Shown here: one piece after another, positions 10,953 to 24,763 of the stretch
Layout of the letters: each line of letters starts with the position of its first letter
Position numbering within the stretch: position 1 is the first letter of the stretch
Source of the DNA: Eledone cirrhosa
Taxonomy: Eukaryota
Direction: 5' to 3'
DNA: 64,000 bases
Assembly (NCBI GenBank): GCA_964016885.1
Contig: OZ024742.1
Coordinates: 47,182,001-47,246,000, forward strand
The notes under the pieces: generated by a model
Told to the model about the DNA's origin: nothing
What the model saw: only the letters and a program-made list of their open reading frames with translations
The model's database searches: none
Position numbers and translations under genes: made by a program

Positions 10953-11189
10953 GTTTTTTTGTTTAAAATGAAATTTTGGGTACAAAACCCCAATAACTGG
11001 TTATTTAACCCCGAAGGGCCAAATAACGGACAGAAAGACCCCTCTCACGAGGAGGAGGGTGTCTTTATCAACAATTTGGTTCAAGTTTTAAACAATTTAC
11101 AATTGTTTTAACGGTTAAAAATTACTATACCTTACAGAGCCGAGCCTCCGTCAACCATGGCATTCAATAATAATAATAATAATAATAAT

Positions 11190-12972
11190 TTTATTCTGCA
11201 TCGCACTTATACCATTAAGTAAAATGCTCAATGAAACAAAACATGGATATAGAGTCTATGACAAAACCATTAATCACCTGTTCTACATGGATGACCTGAA
11301 ACTATTTGCAAAAAATGATGAACAATTGCAAGGGCTATTATCCACTGTGAAGCAGTTCAGTGATGACATTAAAGTGGAGTTTGGACTGGATAAATGCGCT
11401 AAAGCAACGTTCACCAGAGGAAAGCTGCTGAAGAGTTCAGACATTAATCTTGATCGGGGGAACGTGATAAGAGAGCTTGATCAAGAACAAACTTACAAAT
11501 ATCTAGGTGTTCGTGAAGGAGACGGAATCAAGCACTCGACAATGAGGAAAAGGATAAGGAAGGAATGTTACCGCAGAGTAAGAGCAATCTTAAGAACGGA
11601 ATTGAATGCAAGGAATAGGATCGATGCCATAAACACGCTTGCCATACCAGTAGTAACCTACAGTTACAATGTCATCAACTGGTCAAGCACAGAGATCCGT
11701 AGGCTCGATACAAAAATCCGAAAATTCTTAACCATGCACAGAATGCATCACCCTAAGGCAGACATAGATAGAATATATCTCCCTAGGAAAGAAGGAGGAC
11801 GTGGGTTAATCCAGTTAGACATTGCGTTGAAAACTGCAACAATTGGATTATCCACATATCTAAGGGAATCACATGATTGGATGATCAAACTCGTTTTGAA
11901 ACACGAAAGCACCAAAAGATCATATTCCATTACAAAAGATGCACAAAGATACAGTAATGGACTACAAATTTCAGAAGTCCCATTTACTGCTGAAATGGAA
12001 AACACAGAAAAAGCAAAGCAGGTAAAAGTAACTGCAAAGAAAGAACTGCTACAGAAACTGGCTAAGAAATGGCAAGAAAAGCCTCTGTATGGAAAATACC
12101 CAGAGCGAGCTAACAATCCTGATGTTGACAAAACTTTAACCCATCAGTGGTTGGCATCCTCTGGACTGAAATCGGAGACTGAAGGACTGATTATATCCGC
12201 ACAAGATCAGTGTCTGCCAACAAAAAATTACCAAGCCAACATAATAAAAAATGGGTGCAGCCCATTATGCCGTGTATGCAAAAAACAACCAGAGACCATT
12301 GACCATATAATTTCAATGTGCAGTCCTATAGCTCCAACCGAATACCTAAACATGCATGACAGCTGCACAATACATACATTGGATAATGTGTAAGCATTTT
12401 GACCTGCCCCATCAAAAGAATTGGTGGGAGCATCAACCACCTCCCATACTTGAAAAAGATCACATCTCAATCTTGTGGAACTTTAGCATCCAAACAGACC
12501 GAAAAATAGATGCAAATAGACCTGATATAATTTTGAAGGACTTTCAAAGGAGGGTATGCCTGCTAATTGATATGTCTGTTCCAATAGACAAGAATGTATC
12601 TATAAAAACATTTGAAAAATTGAGCAAGTATAAGGACCTGGAGATAGAAATTGGAAACATGTGGAAATTGAGAACTAAAACAATACCAGTGGTTGTAGGC
12701 GCTCTGGGAATGATACCTAAGGGGTCTAACGACTACTTATCGCAAATCCCAGGAAACCTGCGTATAGGAGAAATACAAAAGATAGTACTAATGGGAACTG
12801 CCCATATACTAAGGAAGATCCTGTCAATATAAGTACATCACAAGTCTAAACACTAAGGATGCATGTGTGAATATGTATGTTCTTTCTTGAACATGGCGGA
12901 CCTTGTTGTCTCTTGAGGTCACTGGTTGTGACTTGGTGATAACTCGTATAAACATAAAGCAAGATAAATGCA
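11190..12972 (+). mobile_element. 5'-truncated R4/Dong-clade non-LTR retrotransposon (RT C-terminal part plus RLE endonuclease), one frameshift near 12365
   Basis: INHLFYMDDLKLFA, FGLDKCA, YKYLG; CRVC..ETIDHIISMC; MHD; NRPDIIL..LIDMSVP..EKLSKY..IPVVVGALG; 3'UTR ends in (TAA)n at 12973-12993. Confidence 0.9.
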
Positions 12973-12993
12973 AATAATAATAATAATAATAAT

Positions 12994-15900
12994 GTCATCT
13001 CTATTAACCACAAAGGTTACATAAAGTAGACATTAAAGACAGTACAGGACAATACAGGACGGTACAAATGGGTATTTCTGCGTGTAAAAAAAACAGAGGA
13101 TGTAATAAAATATCAAAGAAAAATTCCCCAATAGGGGGGAGACTTCTGAGGGACATTTGTGGAGACAGCCCATTAAAAGACCACAGTGACCCTGACCACC
13201 AGGGCAAGTGCCCTCTCCCAGTTTTCCACCTTTAATTTACAGACACATACTCAGAGAAGGCCCATTCATTCGGGCCATACTTGCTTCTCTCACCCATCTT
13301 TCAACAAAATGCTGGGAAGAGAGCACTTCCCTCTCTATCCTGATTTTCCTTTTCAAATGAAATTTGAAAAAGTTAATCAGGGCATTACCGAAGAGGTAAG
13401 TGCTCGTCTTCAGCCCTTTCAAACGTGTCCACCATACTATCTCTTTCGCCAAGGCCACCAGAGAGATAAAAACTGCCTGCCCTTCCCGGCTAAAGGAAGA
13501 GGGCGGGGCAATCCTCACGATGGACTCAGCGGATAGCTGTATCCGTCCTACACGTGACAGCAGGTGTTCGACATAAACCCACAAGTCAGCAATGCTCGGA
13601 CACTGGACGAGTGCGTGCCGGATGGTTTCGTCGCCCTGCGCGCATCTCCGACATGCCCGGCTGACGGGACCTCCATGCCTGTAGAGTTTATCCCGAACTG
13701 GCAAACTCCCCTGTAGAACTGCCACGCCAGGGATTTCCGGAAGTTGTCCATAGGCCCCGGCCCGAAAGTCCTTCCGAAGAGATTGGCTAGTTGATTTTCG
13801 GCGACGCGTAGAGTTTCTCCAAGTACGTCGTCGCTCTTCGCCTCCACTAATCCTCTATAGAACGCCAAGGTGGAGTTTCCACCGATCACATTGCCCGATT
13901 GGTCGAGGGCTGTGTGCGCCTGAAGACATTCCAGTCTCCAAGCGCTCCCTCTTGGTCTTCGCTTGACCCAGGACTGCAGCTCCGTCAAGGAGACGAGCTG
14001 GGAAAGACGTGTCTAGCAAACGGTGACCACACCTGATCACCGTCGAGGAAGAGGTGGAGATATCGTAGCCTGAGCGCGTGTCTGCACATCATCAGCCACG
14101 GCATGCCCAGCCCTCCACGTAGCGGGTGTTGACAGCAGATGGACCGCCTGACCATCGGAGCGCGTCCCTTCCACAAAAAGCGAAAGAGCAAACGCTCCAG
14201 CGCAGGCGGGGATTAGGACAAGGTACGAGGGTCAGGCGGTAGTAGATGACGAACGCGATGTACGCGTTAGCCACCTCCGCTCGACCTTTCAGCGATAGCT
14301 TCCTCTCAGTCCATTTCTCGGTGAGAGAAGCCACCCTACTCGTCACCTCGTCACAGTTTTTGTCCGTCTAGTTGTCTGGACCGAACCAGACCACTAGCAA
14401 TTTAACCGGTCCGTCCATCCAGCGCCCGACGACGCTGTTGGACGGCATGGACCTGCCTCTCCAGGTACCGAACTGCAGGCCCACTGACTTTTCCTGATTG
14501 ATCATTGCTCCTGTCACCGCTTCCTATTCCCTTAGTGTAGTGCCGATCGCCTCCATGTGTTTGGCGTTCGACACCACTACGGAGACATCGTCCGCATATG
14601 CTGACACGGATCTTCCGCATCCTAGTTCGCGCGGGACACCCCCCCCCCCCTCAACGTCTCCAGTTTGTGCAGTAATGGCTCGAGAGTCAATACGTACAAT
14701 AGGGACGAGAGGGGACATCCTTAGCGGACCGAGCGCATGATGTTGAACGGTTCCGAAAGGTGACCGTTCACTCTCACTACAGAGCAGATGTCGCTGTGCA
14801 TGGCAGCGATCCAGCTTCTGAAGACGTGCCCAAATCAAGCAGCCCTCAGGACTGCCGCTAGGTAACAATGGTCGACCCTATCGAAAGCTTTCGACTGATC
14901 GAAATTGATCAAAGACCCACCCGTGCCAGGTTCCCTAGCTACCCTCTCTACGATGTATCGCATGAGGTGGAGGTTGTCGTGGATGGATCTGTCGGAAATG
15001 GCCCATGTCTGCGCCTCTCCCACCAGACCAACAACGACAAGCGCCAACCTCTTTGCTAGCACCTTGGCGAAAATCTTGAACTCTGTGTTTAGCAGAGTTA
15101 TGGGCCTAAAATTATCTATGTTATCCCCCTTGTTCGGATCCTTTCTCAGCCGTGCCACCGCTCCTCGGCTCACAGAGCTGGGAATTCTCCCGTTCTGTTG
15201 CCAGTTGCAGTAGACGTCCGCCAAGAGGCCTCCGACCTAGTCTGGCATTTGTACGTAAAGTTAACCGGGCAGACCATCCAAACCAGGCGATTTACCCCTT
15301 GTGCAGCCAGTCATTGCCTCCCGTACTTCATCGGCTGTTATCGGCTTTTCGCAACACTACGCCTCAGTGGCCGAGAGCCGCAGCAGTTCGTCGAGATAGA
15401 CACTAAAGTCCATCCCTCGATCCGGCCCGCCACTGCCCCGATCAGTTGAGCGAAGTGTTGCGGGATCGAGTAGCATGCGCCCGTCGTGGTCCACCAAAGA
15501 CCGGATCGTGGCTTTGTTGCCACGACGCGCCTCCGCCACTCGGGCCCATTGAACGGCTTTCGTCCCCTCGTGTCTGAGAGCACGCACCCTTGCTCTGACA
15601 ACGCAGCCTTCGTGCTTTGCATTGAAGAATTGGTCAAGGGCCAATTTCGCCGCAAGCACGTCGGTCGCAATGCCTTTGCTAAGCGCCTCGTCTAATTTTC
15701 TAACTAGTTCTCCCTCTGCTCTATTTTTCTCTATTGCTAAAGCCTTACTAAACCTAATCGATTCTATTCTAATTGCTCTTTTCAGAGCAAACCACCACTT
15801 GTTGTTGACGATGGCCCCCGTCAACGCCCGCTTAACTAGTTCGCTAATCCTGTCTCTGTAGGCCTTGCGCGCTGGTAAGGACGCGTTTAGCTTCCAGTAG

Positions 15901-18900
15901 CCGGGTCCTCGTGTATGAAGCCTATCTAAGTCAAGCACACAGCTCACGAATGTGTGGTCCGTGTAGCTGACTATCTTGAATTGTGGACACCCTATGCTAG
16001 ACCTATCTATTTCCCTACAAAATACTCTATCTAGATATGATCTGGATGACCCTATGCGATTTATCCAAGTCCACATTGGCACATTCGGGAAATCCAATCG
16101 GTACCTGTCAGACAGTTCAAAACGCCTGAACAGGTTGGTGAGGCTCTTGCACCCTCCACCCCTATCCGCTAATCCCACACAGTCCCAGCGTGCATCTAAG
16201 ATCCCGTTCCAGTCACCCACTAACACTAAAGCGCGAGACGTTCCTAGAAAGGTCTCCAGACGCCTGAAGAAATCTTGCCGCCCTGCTCCTGTCGGGGCAT
16301 AGACGGCCACTAGCCTGAAAGCTTGCCCGTCTCCGCTGGTCACGTCCAGAACCAACAACTTACCCTCTGGGTCCAGGAAGATGGCCCGTATGGCGAGATC
16401 CAAACCTCTCCGAAAAAGCACAGCAACTCCTCCCCCCGATCCAGGACGGCTGGGAGATGCGTACACATCGTAGCCGCCGAAGATCGGTGCGAAAGCCCGT
16501 GCTTCGGAGATTCTGGTCTCGCTGATGGTCACTACATCTATGTTTAGTGACCTGAGGTCGTTGAGCAGGTGACCCTGCTTCAATGACGACCCCAAGCCAC
16601 GCGCATTTATGCTGCCTATTCTGAGTGAGGTCATGTTTAAAATAGAGTGGAAAAGATGGGAAAGACCACTTACCGTACTTTTCGTAGAGGAGGGATGGTT
16701 TTTCCAACCCTTTTCACTTGATCGTCCCTTAGGCTGGTCGTCGGCTCTTCTATGAGTATGTCCGAATATACTCTTCGGTTGATAGTTCCTCCTAGGTCTC
16801 TGAAATCACCAACTGCGTTGGGGAATTTCATTTTAATGTTTGTGTATTGTTTCTGTGCTAATTTTAGCAGTCTTATGTTAGTTGGCGTTTTGATTGGTGC
16901 TGGTATTATGCAGTCGTGTTGTGAAATGTCTGTGTGTTCAATTATGTAAGTCATTAGTTTCTTGTTGTGTGTATTTATTGCCGTGCATTTGTTTTTCTGG
17001 GGGTGGGGTGTGGTTCTGCTATTTTCTTGTCGTTGTTGCTGGGTGTGTGTGTTTTGTTGTTGTGTTTGCGATGTTGGTGCTTGTGGTGGTGGTGTTGAAG
17101 GTGTTGTTGGCGGTGGGGTTGTCGCCGGTGGTGATGGTGGTGCTAGTGTGGGTGGTGATGCTGTTGGTGGTGTTGCTGCTGTGAGTCTCTTTGCAGTAGA
17201 CTTTACCCTTTTTTCATTTCTTTCCTCCCATTTCAAAGGCAACGATGCGCTGCTTCTGCGTTTGTGCCTTCTTACGACCTTTTGCCATCCCTCTCCCACC
17301 TCACACTCCATGTCTGATTCTGTGAGGTCGGGGAGGGGTACCAGCTCCACTCTTTCACTTGTAGTTGGTGATGTTTGCACTGGAGTCTCTGTTGCAGCTG
17401 CATTTGGTATTACTGTTGTTGTTGCTAATACTTCCACTGCTGCTGCTGTTTTTGATTTCCGTGGGTATGGGTGCCACGGACCTATCGTTCTTGGTTGCCG
17501 CTTGTCCTGTTGCTGGTAGCCGTGGAGCTGGTTTCGGAAGGAGGGGGGTTTTCTCTTTTCTCAGGGTCTTCTCGTTGCAGAAGACCCTGAGGTGAGTCTT
17601 CGATCCACAGCGAAAGCATTTCGGGCGTTTGCCCTCAACACTTATGGGCAGTTGAGTGCCGTTATCGAAGTCTATCACATACGGGATAGCTTCGATGCAC
17701 TCCTGGTTGGTTTGGATTAACATCTCATTGGAGGTGCCGACCCAATCTTCTCTTACTTTTTTCTGTACTTGCAGTACAGTTGTTTTGTCCTCGATTCCGA
17801 CGAGGACAGACGCGGCCAGCCAAGAAGGGGCCATCTCAGGGGGGGGGGTCAGTTTGACCGTCACAATTTTTTGCCCGCAGTAGGAGGGCATCAACACCAT
17901 TTCCTCGCTCATTAGGGTCACTAAGGATTGAGCCTTTGCCTCCTGGGGTGTAGCAAAAAGTACGTCTACGGTGGCATATTTCTTGCCTCGGATGATGTGC
18001 GTTTTCCGCTGCCTCACAGACCCCAAGGCTTTTTGTATTTGAGCCTCCGTGGCTCTTTCAACCCTACGGGATTTTGTACTTACTGTACGGTACGTGACCG
18101 TACAGTGCTGTTGGGTTTCGAAAACTTTTTCCACTGCCTTGAAGATTGCTCGGTGTCCAGTTTTTGTCACCATTTTATTCGCTTCCTCTAATTCCTCATT
18201 TGTTACGAGGATTGTTTCCAGGTTCTTCGCGATACCTGCAAATGAGATTGGTTTTTCTTTGCTGCTGTTGTTGTTGTTGTTGTTGTCAGAGCTGCTGTTA
18301 CTTTTGTTGCTGCTGCAGGTACTACGACTACTGCCGCCGCGGCTGTTGCTGTGGTTGTTGTTGTTGCTGCTGCTAATGCTGTTGTTGTTTATGCTGCGGC
18401 TGATGCTGTTGCGGCTGCTACTCTTGTTTTCATTGTCACTGTTGCTGTTGCTATTACAGCTGTTACTGCTATTATTCCTGACGTCAGACGAATGAAATGG
18501 GTTTTCGTATTTCCCGCACACCTGTTTCGTCGTCGTGGAGAAATCTTGCACGCTTTGCACGAGACTTTTCTTTTCTGTCGTCGCTTGCGAAAGAGAAGGG
18601 AGGGAGAGAGACACATTTAAAGAAGGGAGGGAGAGAGACAATCTTCTCTCTGTTGTAGTGACGATTGAGGAAGAAGAAGACGGAATGAGTGGGAGTGACC
18701 TATGAAAATTCTTTTTCGTAGCCATGTTGTTGTTTTTGTTTAAAATAAATATTGGGCACAAAACCCCAATAAGCAGTTATATAACCCCGAAGGGCCAAAT
18801 AACGGGCAGAAAGACCCCTCTCACGAGGAGGAGGGTGTTTTTGTCTACAAGTTGGTTAAAGTTTTAAACAGTTTACAATTGTTATAGCGTTCAAAATTTA

Positions 18901-18941
18901 CAATACCTTACAGAGCCGAGCCTCCGTCAACCATAGCATTC
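12994..18941 (-). mobile_element. full-length Tx1/L1 LINE type A, decayed (frameshifts and stops)
   Basis: Colinear with 5138-11165; ORF1 split into 17355-18761 and 16670-17437; ORF2 split into 15357-16634, 14835-15224 and smaller pieces; (TAA)n on both sides. Confidence 0.93.
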
Positions 18942-18967
18942 AATAATAATAATAATAATAATAATAA

Positions 18968-21379
18968 AACTAAGTCAGACATTCAAACATTACATTACAA
19001 TGACACTTATGCTTATTCTCTTTTGTTGTTTTTTTACCTATTTGTTTGTTTGTTTATTTATGTTCGTCTACAGCGTGATAGTGCCACACAAAACACCGGG
19101 GGTGATGAAATCACCGGTGCTTATATAAACATACATTCACCAATCCTCGATAAGAGTGTTTAAATGTCGAACCTAAACAGTTCGAATAACGGTGAAGTGG
19201 AGACTGGAATGTCATGTGACAGACTCTCACCCAGCAGGTGCTCTCTGTCTCAGCAGCAGGGACCTGGCTGTCAACCAAATACTGCTGGTGTCGGAGGAAG
19301 AAGATGAAGGAAAGGGACCAGAACCACTGGACGAAAGAATTGAATAGAACTGTTATGCAATGTTACCTGAAGAGTAACCCCAAGGAGAAAGGCTATAGGA
19401 AACGGATGCATAACATCTGGAACGACATTGGTCAATTTAAATTAGATGAACAAAAATTGGCCGGGCAGGCTCGGGTAATAAGAACTAATGGGTGGATAAG
19501 CGAGCTGGAACTGGAGGAACTGAGCAGAGAGATTAGGTTGGAAATGGAGAGTGGAGTATGCCAGGCAAACGAGTCAGTCGGAAATGAAGGTGAAGAGGTT
19601 GAGAGAACAGAGGAGCCATCCGAAGCAGAAAAGGATCTGAATGCTGAAATAATACCTGGAACAGAGATACGGCCATTGACTAGATGGATGATGACGGGCT
19701 AGGACAAGATTTGGTTGATATCCTAAACTTAGTGGTAGAGGAATTGAACAATGCCAGTGGGAAACCTATAAACCTAAGATGTGTAGACAGGAAAAAGTTA
19801 AAAGAAACAACAGCTAAGTTAAACAAAGTCATCCCATACCTTGATGCGAGGAGCCTTCACCAGTGCAACTATATCCCCAAAGCAACAGCAAATGTGGTGA
19901 GGAAATTACTTGGCATAAAAGCGAGAGGAAACAACAAACAAGAAAGATCAGAACCTTGGTGGAAGAAACGACTGAATGGTCAAATCAGGGAAATGAGAAA
20001 TGACATTGGAAAGCTTGAGTCCCTACTGAATGGGACACTAAAAAACATAGACACTAAAAATAGACTGGAAATAAAGTACAAAACTAGGAGGAAAAAGCTA
20101 AATATTATCATAGAGGAACTGAAGCAACGCATTGTAGCAAAGAGTGCAAAAATCAGGCGATACGAGAGCAGAGTCAGTCAGTATAGACATAACCGCATGT
20201 TTGACAACAACCCGAAGATGCTGTTTGGACAGCTTGAAGGGAAAAAAAGAGACAACGACTTGATCCCTGAGGCGGAACAAACTAAGACGTTCTGGAGAAG
20301 AATATGGGAGCAGGATGTTAAACATAATGACCAGGCAGTGTGGATTGAGACAGTACAAAAGGAGATTAGTGAACAGGCACACTAACAAACTGATTTGAGT
20401 ATCACAGTTGAAACTCTTAAGGGGCAGGCCAAAAAACTAACTAACTGGAAATCACCAGGCCCAGATGGTGTGCAGGGTATTGGATTAAAAATATAATATC
20501 CTTCCACCCGAAACTGACAACCATGTTCAATGACTGTTTGATGTCAGGTGAGGTACCAGAGTGGTTGACAAAAGGTACCACAGTTCTGGTAATGAAAGAC
20601 CGAATGAATGGTAATGATGTTACCAACTATAGACCTATCACATGTCTGTCCGTAATGTGGAAACTGTTGACAAGCATTATGTCTGAGGAAATCTACCATC
20701 ACCTCCACACAAACAACTTGTTACCGGACGAATAGAAATGATGCCGAAAGAAGTCCCGTGGTACAAAGTACCAGTTACTTATTGATAAGATGGTAATGAG
20801 GAATTGCAAGAGGAGACACACTGGTCTTGCCATGGGATGGATAGACTACAAAAAGGCATTTGACATGGTGCCTCATTCTTGGATCACCAAAAGCCTAGAG
20901 ATCTTCAAGGTGGCAGATAACATCAGACAGTTGTTGGGCAAAAGTATGAAGTCCTGGAAAACAGAGTTAACATCAGCTGGAGGATCCTTGGGAGGCGTGA
21001 AGATAAAGAGATCTGTTGTTTGTCCCTGTCCTGATGCCCTGACCATTATACTGCGAAAAGTGAGAGCAGGATACAAGTTGGGAAAGGGAGAGCTTACCAT
21101 CAATCACCTCCTCTTCATGGACGATCTTAAACTCTTCGGGAAGAGAGAGAAGCTTGTTGACACTGTCCGTATTTTCAGCAATGATATATGTATGCAATTT
21201 GGTATTAGTAAGTGTAGAGTCCTTGTGATGAAGAGGGGTAAATTGAGCACAAGCAACGGAATCCAGATACCAACAGGTGAGAAGATAAAGGAAATTGACA
21301 CTGAAGAAGGATACAAGTACAAATATTCATTTCAACAAACTTTCCAGTTACCTAACATCAATGACTGAGACTCAAAGAA
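18968..21379 (+). mobile_element. second R4/Dong-clade element (different family), N-terminus and RT present, RLE lost, decayed
   Basis: WTKELNRTVMQCY..GYRKRMHNIW..EQKLAGQARVI N-terminal domain; PWWKKRL; SPGPDG; NYRPITCL; [14 protein letters not shown]; [12 protein letters not shown]; ends in TAA-rich tract 21379-21413. Confidence 0.85.
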
Positions 21380-21413
21380 TAATCATAATAATAATAATGA
21401 TAATAATAATAAT

Positions 21414-21495
21414 GGTTTCTTATTTATGCACAAGGCCAGCAATTATGTCGGAGAAGAAAGTCGATTAAATCGAACCTAGTGCGAGACAGGTACTA
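21414..21495 (-). mobile_element. SINE S1 3' fragment
   Basis: GGTTTCTTATTTATGCACAAGGCCAGCAATT matches the S1 tail (cf. 3758-3790). Confidence 0.7.
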
Positions 21496-22194
21496 ATTCT
21501 TTCAATTTGTATTACCTTGGCACTCAGATGCATTGTTGGGCTTCCAAATAACCGCGGACGAACGGCAAAAGGAGTGCCACACATATGATGGATAGCGCAG
21601 TCAACTAGATCAATCCAATTAATATTTATTTAATCAATAATGGTAGGGTGTGTTGTATATTCAACATCCGTGGATATTAAAGTTGGAAATACATTGATTT
21701 ATCTAAATACGAGACGCATTTCTGTGCAATACTCTAACGATTGTACCACTAAACCGTACTTAAAGCTGAAACATCAAATATTTCAGTATAGTAATGAGGT
21801 ATCAGTGTTTTATTTGGACTTAGGATCTAATATGAAGTATTTTAATATCGCATCTACCCATTTGATAGCAGCAAAATAAAAGATAAATATTTTAAAAATG
21901 TTAAATCTATGTAAAGCACATATCCAGTCGCTTGTCATGTTGGAAATTCATGACAACGTTTACGTCAATAAACGCGGTAATAAACCTCCGGCAATTCAAT
22001 GTGTATAAATGAATATGATTTTTAAAACGTATCTAAGATTACATTCCAGCTTTCTGACGACAATCTGATTTGTTTCTCCATTTACTTATTCCCAGACGGA
22101 CGTCACTAATTACACAGCCTTGGGTAATATCAGCATCTATGTATATTCTATAATTCTGAAAACTTCGAAGCCCTGCTCTACTGTTTATTTAATG

Positions 22195-22244
<50 letters not shown>

Positions 22245-22920
22245 ATGTGTTGGCGTCTGTCTGTCAGTCTATGTCAGCGTCTCTGTGTTAGACAAACACA
22301 CACACACATATATATATAAAAAGAGAGATGGAGGTGGGGGAGACAGGTGTACACAATCAGCAAGAAAGCGTGCGCAATATATTGCGTTTTACGGTATTTA
22401 CTCTTATATATATGAAATCAATTTTGTCGAAGAACGCGGTAGAAACCCATCATAATAATTGATTAAGCACTCAGATGAGTGAAGGAAAAATCACCAGAAA
22501 AACGAAACAATAAATATACAACATTAATTACAAGACTGCGGCTATATTTTCCAACAGGCATCAGTGTATATAAGATCGTCATAGTTTTGTCATTAATTTG
22601 TTAAATGATGCCATCCATGTGGGGATAACTAGAAAATGTTTGCCATAATTTGTTGTTTTCCATTTCTAATTGTTATAATTTTCTCTCACTCTCTTTATTT
22701 ATTTTATTGACTTTTTTAGCATAAGAAACAAGAAAAAATATAATATTATAAACAGAATTTCTAAAATCTTGTAAAATCAAGGGATTTTTATTGCCGTTGT
22801 TTTTTTTCTTAATGCTTGGTTGTATATAATTATTATTGAGTATTGTTATATGCATTTCACTAGATTGCAGGAATTTGATTTATTTTCTCCATCATTCTGT
22901 ACCCCCTCTCCATATGTATA

Positions 22921-24073
22921 TCTTTATATATATAAAAGCGAGGATGTGTGTGTATCTGTGTACAACTTTGCATACTTAAGGCTTTTACAATTACCAACTG
23001 AATTTGACCACATTTTCTGTTCACGTTGCACAGGTCGACCCACATTGAGCAATAAAAATCGATATCAAAATTATCGGTAGTAAAATTGATGTAAGCGAGA
23101 TGACCAACTTTATTGACAATCCTTATAAAAAAAGGGAGATAACCTTTAAATCCTCCTGGTTTACCTCCTAATACATTGGTTCTGAAAGAGGGAACACCAG
23201 TTATTTTGCTGAGAAATATCACTCCCCCAAAACTATGCAACGGTACACGCTTTGTAGTTAAAAAAGTGTCTCCACTTAGTATTGACGCTACCATTCTATC
23301 CGGGTGTGGAAAAGGCGAGGATGTGATAATAACAAAAATTAGCCTGACTACATCAGGCGTGGATACTCCCTCTCGTTTCGCCGAACCCAATTTCCCTTTC
23401 GTGTTGCCTTTTCGATGTCCATAAACAAGTCGCAAGATCAAAATCTGTCCGTCGCTGGAATTCGCTTGGATGAACCTTGCTTTTCGCAGGGACAATTCTA
23501 CGTTGCCTGCTCACGAGTTGGCAGTCGAGATAATCTCTTTGCGTTTGTTCCAAATAGAAAAACAAAGAATATTGTCTATGCTGAAGTGCTTTAGTTTAAC
23601 AAAAAAACTTATTACAGCTCTGCCTTGACTTCACCTTACCCATTACAGAACATACCAATGAATATGTCATGCAGGATATTTTGGATTATAAGTTAAAAAT
23701 TTAACCATACACAGCAAAGGATGCTCTTAAAAGAATAGATTTTCTCTTATTCTACTCTCATTGTTTTTTGTTTGTATACAACTCTGCTTTCATTACAACT
23801 TTTTGTACTTTAGCAAAACTGCCTGTTTTTTTACAGATTTGCAACGCGTATTGACTTTAATCATTTGTATAACTACATCCTGTTCAGTGTTTTCCTTTAT
23901 TATCAGCATAGTTTTACGTGTACAAAGATTGCACTAAATATTCGTTGGCATTAATTATTGAAGACTTCTGCTTATTTTGACAGGTTGGGGACACATAATG
24001 TTCTTCTTTTACTTCCTAGCTGTATATTCTTAGCATAATTTCAAACCCCGAGCAACGCCGGGTAAATCTGCTA

Positions 24074-24074
<1 letters not shown>
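22921..24074 (+). mobile_element. non-autonomous Helitron (~1.15 kb) carrying a Pif1 helicase C-terminal fragment
   Basis: Inserted between A and T; 5' TCTTTATATATATAAAA; subterminal hairpin CCCGAGCAACGCCGGG; 3' CTAG at 24071-24074. Confidence 0.88.
23146..23594 (+). pseudogene. Helitron RepHel Pif1-like helicase fragment (frameshifted)
   Basis: PPGLPP..LVLKEGTPVILLRNI..LCNGTR; after a frameshift QFPFRVAFSMSINKSQ..CFSQGQFYVACSRV..TKNIVYAEVL*. Confidence 0.88.
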
Positions 24075-24107
<33 letters not shown>

Positions 24108-24763
24108 ACCTATTATTGGGCGATATATATATATATTTATTATATAATGATATTATTTACTAAATAATATACATATATACACTGTGTAAATTTTGATCTT
24201 CGTTTCACACGCACACACCCACACGCACACACTCACACACTCATAATACACCAACACCTCACCCATATATATATATATATGATGTGAAGATCGAAATTGT
24301 AGCAATTTCATAATGATAATGACCTTGAGCCAATCATCAGTGAAATATATGTAACTTTCGATAAACAATAAACACTCATACACACACACATATATATATA
24401 TATAGTAAGGCCGAGATTAATGCTGAATCGACCTTTATTTACGTTACTTTACTAGGAATCTCCCTATCACCATCTTTGTAAATGTTATTCTGTACATATA
24501 TAATTCTCTGAATTGTACATTTAAGTTATCTTTCCTTGAAATCTTAAGTATATCAGTGACAAATAACCTTTTATATGATATTGGCTACACCTGAGATTTT
24601 GAGTTGATAGAGGGGTTATATATGAGCTATTTCTAGCGTAATTTAATACCCGTCACAGTATCGTTGCTGTACAAATATTCACTTATTTGGTAGATCTACG
24701 TATCTGTGAAATTTTACACCATGCTAGATTGGCAATGGACGTATTCCATTTAATAACCGGTGA

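Larger units (their letters stand above)
5138..11165 (-). mobile_element. full-length L1/Tx1-clade LINE, type A, both ORFs intact
   Basis: 5' GAATGCCATGGTTGACGG directly after (ATT)n; ORF1, 35-nt spacer, ORF2; 3'UTR ending AATAAAGAAATC(ATT)n. Confidence 0.95.
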
